From the NCBI GenBank assembly GCA_964496765.1, contig CAZCAP010000001.1, forward strand, positions 23,289 to 45,531: a stretch of DNA of 22,243 nt, in the 5' to 3' direction. Below the pieces are notes generated by a model. It was not told the DNA's origin, made no database searches, and worked only from the letters and a program-made list of their open reading frames with translations. The DNA comes from an uncultured archaeon (GTDB lineage: Archaea > Iainarchaeota > Iainarchaeia > Iainarchaeales > CSSED10-239). Positions 16,965 through 22,243 of the stretch are shown here, in pieces; within the stretch, counting starts at the first letter, position 1; each line of letters opens with the position of its first letter. Made by a program: the position numbers and the translations under genes.

Positions 16965-18166
16965 ATAAATCCTCTTACCACAACAATTGGAGTGTTTGCA
17001 TCTGCTGAACCACTTACTAGATCAGCAAGAGCAGATACAAGATTCTCAATCTTTCTAGGAGTTGTTCCCTGGGCATTGAAACTATCCTTTTTTTTTTCTT
17101 TTAGAAACTTCTGTTTTTCTTTTTCAATTAATTTTAAAATTTCTTCTTTCTTTTTTCCTTCTGCATAGAGTTTTTGCATCAGATATTTTGTCTTAACTCC
17201 AATTCTATTCTTATTTTTAATTCCTGGAGTTACACCAAAAGCAGAAACTGGATCAGCAAGCTCATATATTCCTGATTCTGGATCCTTATATCCGCCATCA
17301 CCCTTAATTATAATTTCTACATCTTTCTTTAATTCTTTTTTAATTCTTTTTTGTATTTCAAGTGCTAGCTTATCAGTTGCATGTGGAGCAAGTTTTAATA
17401 TCTCTCTTTCTGGATCTAGAATATTTGAACCAAGAAGCCCATATTCACTATAAACCTTTAATTTAGGATTTGAACAAATATTTTGTAAAGTAATTACGTT
17501 CTTGAATTTTTTCTTAACCTTAGCTAAAACTTCTTCTCTAGCATGTACATTTGCAACAATAATTGCATTTGGTTTCTTTGATATCATATGGTCAACCATA
17601 TTGGATAAATAAATTTCAGCCTTTGGACAATGCTTAGCAACTATATCCCTATATACTTGAATATAATCTAATCCTGTTTCCGGATGTAGATATCTTTTTG
17701 ATTTAGGAATATCCTTTTCACTAATTTGAGCTTCATACTTAATATTATTTTTAATCATATAATCCTTAGCAAGTATTGGATTCCCCTGTTCATCTGTTGG
17801 AAAAGATAATTGAACAATTACCTTGCCTTTTGGAACACATTTAGAAATTGCCTTAAGTATCATTGAGAATCTATTCCTTGAAAGAATAGGAAATAATACT
17901 CCTACAACCTGATTATCTTTAAGATTAAGTTTATTTTTAATCTCAACTTTAACATCATTTAAATAAACAACATTATGTTGGGTGATTGCAGTAACTGCTT
18001 CTCCAATACAAATAATATCTTTATTTTGTAAAAGATCAGGATTTTTTTTGAATGTGTTTACAACTACATCAGAAATCTTATCATCAAATGTAATAATTCC
18101 TGTTTTAACACCATAGGCAATAACTCCAACATTTTCTTTTGTGAACATAATAATATCAAACTCCAA
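16961..18166 (-). CDS. Coenzyme F420-0:L-glutamate ligase-like protein (COG1478-like superfamily)
   Basis: IICIGEAVTAITQ, VLFPILSRNRFSMILKAIS, YGLLGSNILDPE, GDGGYKDPESGIYELADPV, QGTTPRKIENLVSALADLVSGSADANTPIVVVRG. Confidence 0.8.
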   Translation of the reverse strand: MEFDIIMFTKENVGVIAYGVKTGIITFDDKISDVVVNTFKKNPDLLQNKDIICIGEAVTAITQHNVVYLNDVKVEIKNKLNLKDNQVVGVLFPILSRNRFSMILKAISKCVPKGKVIVQLSFPTDEQGNPILAKDYMIKNNIKYEAQISEKDIPKSKRYLHPETGLDYIQVYRDIVAKHCPKAEIYLSNMVDHMISKKPNAIIVANVHAREEVLAKVKKKFKNVITLQNICSNPKLKVYSEYGLLGSNILDPEREILKLAPHATDKLALEIQKRIKKELKKDVEIIIKGDGGYKDPESGIYELADPVSAFGVTPGIKNKNRIGVKTKYLMQKLYAEGKKKEEILKLIEKEKQKFLKEKKKDSFNAQGTTPRKIENLVSALADLVSGSADANTPIVVVRGFI

Positions 18167-18228
18167 ATCATTTTAAGTAAATTAATTTAATAAAAGAGGA
18201 ATAGGTTTAAAAATACTTTTCTTTACAC

Positions 18229-18236
18229 TTTATATA
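18229..18236 (+). promoter_or_regulatory. Putative TATA box for zinc-ribbon gene
   Basis: TTTATATA about 63 nt upstream of ATG 18299. Confidence 0.4.
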
Positions 18237-18298
18237 GTTTTTTTAAATAAAAAATAAAAAAACTAGTTTGAAACAAGGTAAAAAGAAGTGATTTGATT

Positions 18299-18574
18299 AT
18301 GGTATTATATAAGTATTGTCCAGCATGCTATTCATTGAGTATTATGTTTGATGCGGCTAGTGGAAATTACATCTGTACAATGTGTGGTAGAATAGGTGAC
18401 ATTAAATCTGATTCAATAGATAGAATAAATGAAATGAAGAAGTCAACAAAACCTGGTGGAACTAAATTTGTTGAATCTAGTGCAACCATTAAGCACAAAG
18501 TAGATGATGGTGTTTCGTTATCAGAAAAAATAAAGAACAAGCCTGGGGCATCCAAGGACTTTGAGCTTGTTTAA
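18299..18574 (+). CDS. Small zinc-ribbon protein
   Basis: YCPAC ... YICTMCG (two CxxC knuckles). Start refined to ATG 18299 (GAAGTGAT SD-like motif upstream) rather than TTG 18293 of the track. Confidence 0.75.
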   Translation: MVLYKYCPACYSLSIMFDAASGNYICTMCGRIGDIKSDSIDRINEMKKSTKPGGTKFVESSATIKHKVDDGVSLSEKIKNKPGASKDFELV

Positions 18575-18588
18575 CACAAATTTCAAAT

Positions 18589-19455
18589 TTATTTTAATTG
18601 ATTTAAATCCCAATCCATCATATGCTCTAATAATTGTAGATTAGAATCAATCATATCAAATAAATACAGTTTTTTGGTTCTAATGTCAATCATTACATTT
18701 CTTAAAGTACAATCCCCAAATCCTAGTTTTTGCTCCTCTTGATTTGTCATGGGCTCTATTTTTTTTTTAATTTTTAAAATATCTGTTGAGTCCATTAATG
18801 GAGTAGAGGTGTGTGTTGAATCTAATAAGTCTTGTAAAACTCTATAGTGCCCCATATTTTTGAATTCATAAAACATGAATGATCTATGTTCAGTTTTATC
18901 AAAGTATCCTAAATAGGGTTTAACTATTCTATAGCCCATTTTTTGAAGCTTATGCAATGCACTTATTTCATTAAACGCTTGAACTTTATTAAGTCTTGGA
19001 TTCATATCATTCATAAATTTTCCAAATAATTTTGTTTTTTTACCATTAATATCAATCATAACCTTATAAAATGTATTTGTGGCATTACTGTATTTTTTTA
19101 ATCGATTACTATTTTCTGAAAAAGAAGCAACATATTCTGATTTCATTATTTTATAAGAAAATTTATCCCCTGATTTGTTAGTCCCTTTAACTTCATGAAC
19201 TAATTTATTAGGATTTTTTGCAAGTTCATGAATGTCTTTCAATAAACCAGTGCACTTTCTTAGAATATTTCTGGCTTCTGGGGAATATGCAATTCTTTTA
19301 TTTGCAATCTTTGCAAATGTACGATTTTGTATGCTTTTTTTCATTATTTCAGAAGTATGATCTATAAATTTAATTTTATGTGTTCGTTCATATTTGTTTC
19401 TTAATAAATTTGAAGAACTAACTTCTCCAATCGGTTTCTTTACAATGACTTTCAT
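18589..19455 (-). CDS. Divergent protein-kinase-like (PKL) fold protein, hypothetical
   Basis: Possible N-lobe (KTKLFGKFM, NKVQAFNEISALHKLQKMGYRIVKPYLGYF, SFMFYEF) and C-lobe (GFGDCTLRNVMIDIRTKKLYLFDMID, resembling HGDxxxxN...LIDF). Confidence 0.6.
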   Translation of the reverse strand: MKVIVKKPIGEVSSSNLLRNKYERTHKIKFIDHTSEIMKKSIQNRTFAKIANKRIAYSPEARNILRKCTGLLKDIHELAKNPNKLVHEVKGTNKSGDKFSYKIMKSEYVASFSENSNRLKKYSNATNTFYKVMIDINGKKTKLFGKFMNDMNPRLNKVQAFNEISALHKLQKMGYRIVKPYLGYFDKTEHRSFMFYEFKNMGHYRVLQDLLDSTHTSTPLMDSTDILKIKKKIEPMTNQEEQKLGFGDCTLRNVMIDIRTKKLYLFDMIDSNLQLLEHMMDWDLNQLK

Positions 19456-20309
19456 AATTTCTCAAACTCCTTTTTCAAAAGTAAAGCATCTCTAGCAGGA
19501 TCAGGAGATTCACAAATTATTGTTCCTTTTGCTTTTATATCCTTTAATCCGTCTAATATTTTTTTATAGGGGATATCAGATTCATCTAACATCAAATGAT
19601 TTCTTTCTCCCTTTTCAGTATAATTTATTCCAGAAAGATGAATATGCATTTTATCAACCACATCAGGGTAACTTTTTAAAATTCCAAATGTACTGTCCAA
19701 GTTACTTTGCTTTTTAAAGAATCCATTCTCTCTTGCATGAAGATGTGCAAAATCAATTACAGGAAGAAGAAACTTATGATCTAACTTATCATATAAACTT
19801 AAGATTTCTTCAAGAGATCCTATTTGTGTTTTCTTACCAACAAGTTCAGTACCCAATAAAACAGAACCTTTGAACTTTTCCTGTAGATAAAGAAGTTCTT
19901 TTTCTACCTTTTTTAGGGCTTCTTTGGGATCATCCTTTAGAAAAAAACCAATGTGGAATACAACTACTCTCGCACCTATCTTTTCTCCAACATTTAAAGA
20001 ATCAAGAATGTATCTATAACTATTTTGAATTTTAATTTCTTCCTTAGTATTTAAATTAATAAAATAAGGTGCATGTATGCTTAATGGGAAATCAAGCTTT
20101 TTTGCATTATTCTTAATTTCATCAAGCTTTTCTTGGGAACTATTTTTAAGATATATTTGTCTAACAAACTCAATTTCAAGAGTATCAAGACCTGCTTTCT
20201 TAATTGCAGGAATTGCATCAGCAGTAGGATTTTTTGAAGATATTGGTATTTGTATTAGATCATCCCCACCAAACCCTGCTGGTCCAAACAATAATTTATT
20301 AAATTTCAT
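19452..20309 (-). CDS. Endonuclease IV-like AP endonuclease / TIM-barrel protein
   Basis: LSIHAPYFINL, VVVFHIGFF, LGTELVGKK, VIDFAHLHAREN, KMHIHLSGI, NHLML, TIICESPDP: metal-ligand pattern of endonuclease IV family. Confidence 0.85.
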   Translation of the reverse strand: MKFNKLLFGPAGFGGDDLIQIPISSKNPTADAIPAIKKAGLDTLEIEFVRQIYLKNSSQEKLDEIKNNAKKLDFPLSIHAPYFINLNTKEEIKIQNSYRYILDSLNVGEKIGARVVVFHIGFFLKDDPKEALKKVEKELLYLQEKFKGSVLLGTELVGKKTQIGSLEEILSLYDKLDHKFLLPVIDFAHLHARENGFFKKQSNLDSTFGILKSYPDVVDKMHIHLSGINYTEKGERNHLMLDESDIPYKKILDGLKDIKAKGTIICESPDPARDALLLKKEFEKL

Positions 20310-20761
20310 AATTTTTCTTCATCAAAATATAATTTCATACAAACTGCTTTTTCTTGAAAACCAAACTTTCCATAAAATTTTACAAGATTGTCTTTACAAT
20401 CAAGAATAAGTCTATAGCATCCTTTCTCTTTTGCAAATTCAACACATTTTTTTGCAATTAAACTTGCAACAGCTTTTCCTTCAAACTCCTTCATAACAGA
20501 AAGATCTTCCATGTGAGCAGCAACTACCCCATTTCTTAAAAATTTAGGCTCTAAGAAAAGAGTGCATGTTCCAACTAACCTCTGATTATCAACAATTGCA
20601 ACAAAAACATGACCCTCACAGGAATTGATGTTATGTAATATATGTTTTGCTTTTATTAAATCAAATTCGCCCTGTGGTTTTAGATTATCTAGGGTTTTAT
20701 AAAAATCAGGCCCAAATTTTTCTAAATCTGACTCTTCTAATTCCTTAATTTTTATATCCAT
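20306..20761 (-). CDS. GNAT family N-acetyltransferase, GNA1-like
   Basis: HMEDLSVMKEFEGKAVASLIAKKCVEFAKEKGCYRLILDCKDNLVKFYGKFGFQEKAVCMKLYF. Confidence 0.87.
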   Translation of the reverse strand: MDIKIKELEESDLEKFGPDFYKTLDNLKPQGEFDLIKAKHILHNINSCEGHVFVAIVDNQRLVGTCTLFLEPKFLRNGVVAAHMEDLSVMKEFEGKAVASLIAKKCVEFAKEKGCYRLILDCKDNLVKFYGKFGFQEKAVCMKLYFDEEKL

Positions 20762-20775
20762 AAAATCATCTTGTT

Positions 20776-20970
20776 TTATTTCTTTTCAGTTACTTTTATG
20801 CATTGTACTGGACAGATATCAGCTGCTTTTTTATTGCACCCAATCTCTTTAACCTCTGTTTTAATTGGTTTTGGTTTAGTTCCAGAGAACTTCCAATTTC
20901 CAGGGCAAATAGAAACACATGCTCCACAACCAATACACGCTTTTTCATCATGCTTTATAATAAATACCAT
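20776..20970 (-). CDS. 4Fe-4S ferredoxin (single-cluster type, probable)
   Basis: CIGCGACVSICP ... CNKKAADICPVQCI. Start refined to ATG 20970; track GTG 20979 lies inside a GGTGAT SD motif. Confidence 0.88.
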   Translation of the reverse strand: MVFIIKHDEKACIGCGACVSICPGNWKFSGTKPKPIKTEVKEIGCNKKAADICPVQCIKVTEKK

Positions 20971-21030
20971 ATTTATCACCAGATTATCTTAATTTTTACT
21001 TGTTATTCTAATCTAATGTAAATGAACAGA

Positions 21031-21037
21031 TATAAAA
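21031..21037 (+). promoter_or_regulatory. Putative TATA box upstream of T2SSF gene
   Basis: ATATAAA within AGATATAAAAATAT about 53 nt upstream of ATG 21090. Confidence 0.35.
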
Positions 21038-21089
21038 ATATTTCTTTTTATGTTATATATGATTAAATATATTTATAGTTGACTAAAAT

Positions 21090-22243
21090 ATGGTTGAAAA
21101 ATTAAAAGACAGAAGAAGTCCTGGTGAAATATACTCTGGAATATCTGTTGAAGGTAGAGATTTTGGGGTTGATGATTCTCGTCTTATTAAAAGAAAGGAT
21201 AATAGGTTTGTTGCTTTCTGTAGATCAATTTACACAAGATTTCCAGGCCTAGGTGCAAATTCAAAATATGATCCTGAATTCCAAACAGCAATGGATTTTC
21301 TTAATTGGGACCTAAGACCAGAGGAATACACAGCAGCAACCAAATTTATTCTAATTGTTGGTTTAATTTTAGCTGCAATTATTGCTTTTGTTCTCTTTAT
21401 GTATGCTGTTGGACCAATGATTAGTTTATTTGGAAATGCAATAATGCCATACATAATCGCTATTGGTATTCCAATGCTTACGTTTATTTATACATTTATT
21501 ACATTTAGAAATTATCCTCTAACAAAGGTTCGTGATGAGAAAATAAAAGCTCTAACCTTTGTTCCAGAAATACTAGGTTACATGATAATGTCCATGAAAC
21601 TAGTCCCAAACCTAGAAAAAGCTGTTGAGTTTGCTTCAAATCATGGGCATGGTAAAATTGCTGATGATCTTAAAAGACTACTATGGGAAGTTAAGGTAGG
21701 GATTCAAGGGTCCGTTGCTGAGGCTCTTGATCAACTAGCCTATAAATGGGGAGACGTTTCAATTGAACTTAAAAAAGCTTTAATGAAAATTAGATCTTCG
21801 GTTATTGAAACAAGTGAGTCTAAGAGATATGCTATTCTTGATCAAACAATGGCTGATACTCTTGCATCCATTAAGAATAAGCTAGAGGATTATGCAAGAG
21901 GATTAAACCAACCAACAATGACAATGTTTTATTTAGGTGTTCTACTTCCTCTTCTCTTAATTATTGTTCTTCCTGTTGGTTCTGCGTTCTCTGGTTCTGC
22001 TCTAGCAAAACCAATATATTTAATCCTTATCTATAATATTGCTATACCAATTGCCTGTATAATGTTCGCAAGAAACATAATTAGAGGAAGACCAGCAACT
22101 TATAATCCTCCAGAGATTCCTCAGAACCATCCTGATCTCCCTCCTCGTCATACAATCAGGATTGGAAAAGCACCAATTAATGTTTTTATTATTATTCTAA
22201 TTGTTGGGGTTGCAATAATTGCAGGAAGCATATTCCTTCAAAC
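21090..22243 (+). CDS. Type II secretion system F domain protein (archaeal TadC/FlaJ/PilC-like), truncated at window end
   Basis: Manual translation: MVEKLKDRRSPGEIYSGISVEGRD...FLNWDLRPEEYTAATKFILIVGLILAAIIAF...EILGYMIMSMKLVPNLEKAVEFASNHGHGKIADDLKRLLWEVKVGIQGSVAEALDQLAYKWGD...MFYLGVLLPLLLIIVLPVG, open to 22243. Confidence 0.87.
   Translation, partial: MVEKLKDRRSPGEIYSGISVEGRDFGVDDSRLIKRKDNRFVAFCRSIYTRFPGLGANSKYDPEFQTAMDFLNWDLRPEEYTAATKFILIVGLILAAIIAFVLFMYAVGPMISLFGNAIMPYIIAIGIPMLTFIYTFITFRNYPLTKVRDEKIKALTFVPEILGYMIMSMKLVPNLEKAVEFASNHGHGKIADDLKRLLWEVKVGIQGSVAEALDQLAYKWGDVSIELKKALMKIRSSVIETSESKRYAILDQTMADTLASIKNKLEDYARGLNQPTMTMFYLGVLLPLLLIIVLPVGSAFSGSALAKPIYLILIYNIAIPIACIMFARNIIRGRPATYNPPEIPQNHPDLPPRHTIRIGKAPINVFIIILIVGVAIIAGSIFLQ

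Noticed and set aside
16951-16966. ATTTAA-GATA-TTAAAT inverted repeat at overlapping convergent stops
   Set aside because: All-AT 6-bp stem in AT-rich DNA; a T-rich tract follows on the minus strand, but significance cannot be judged here.
18367-21454. ORFs 18367..18555 (-), 19520..19717 (+), 20077..20409 (+), 20771..20992 (+), 20803..21021 (+), 21230..21454 (-)
   Set aside because: All lie antisense to supported genes with clear family motifs.
1-22243. CRISPR arrays, tRNA/rRNA genes, transposons or defence islands
   Set aside because: No regularly spaced direct repeats, no convincing tRNA T-arm sequence in the short intergenic gaps, and no transposase, integrase, Cas or restriction-type motifs seen. 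The isolated GGTTCCG near 12850 is inside the methyltransferase gene.

Overview
AT-rich, densely coded window that reads like a chromosomal segment of a small-genome archaeon. The lineage call (probably DPANN/Woesearchaeota-Pacearchaeota-like) is inference from an archaeal-type FtsZ, an archaeal TadC/FlaJ-like T2SSF protein, TTTAWATA-type TATA boxes and GGTGA-type Shine-Dalgarno motifs. Recognisable genes: FAD-dependent dehydrogenase (COG2509-like), ftsZ, ICMT-like methyltransferase, GtrA-like protein, response-regulator receiver protein, AI-2E family transporter, CorA, U32 peptidase family protein, alpha/beta hydrolase, SAM methyltransferase, a three-gene ABC-2 exporter, uracil/xanthine permease, F420-0:gamma-glutamyl ligase-like protein, zinc-ribbon protein, divergent kinase-fold protein, endonuclease IV-like protein, GNAT (GNA1-like), ferredoxin, and a T2SSF protein running off the right edge. 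Two edge-truncated ORFs are absent from the supplied track (1..477 minus and 21090..22243 plus). No tRNA, rRNA, CRISPR array or mobile element was recognised. The strongest non-gene signal is a repeated architecture at the 3' ends of three minus-strand genes (ftsZ and two small membrane-protein genes): perfect 9-11 bp inverted repeats with the stop codon in or at the loop, followed by U-rich tracts. The most interesting protein-level item is a divergent protein-kinase-like ORF translationally coupled to an endonuclease IV-like gene and a GNA1-like acetyltransferase. I did not find a clear new defence or mobile system.
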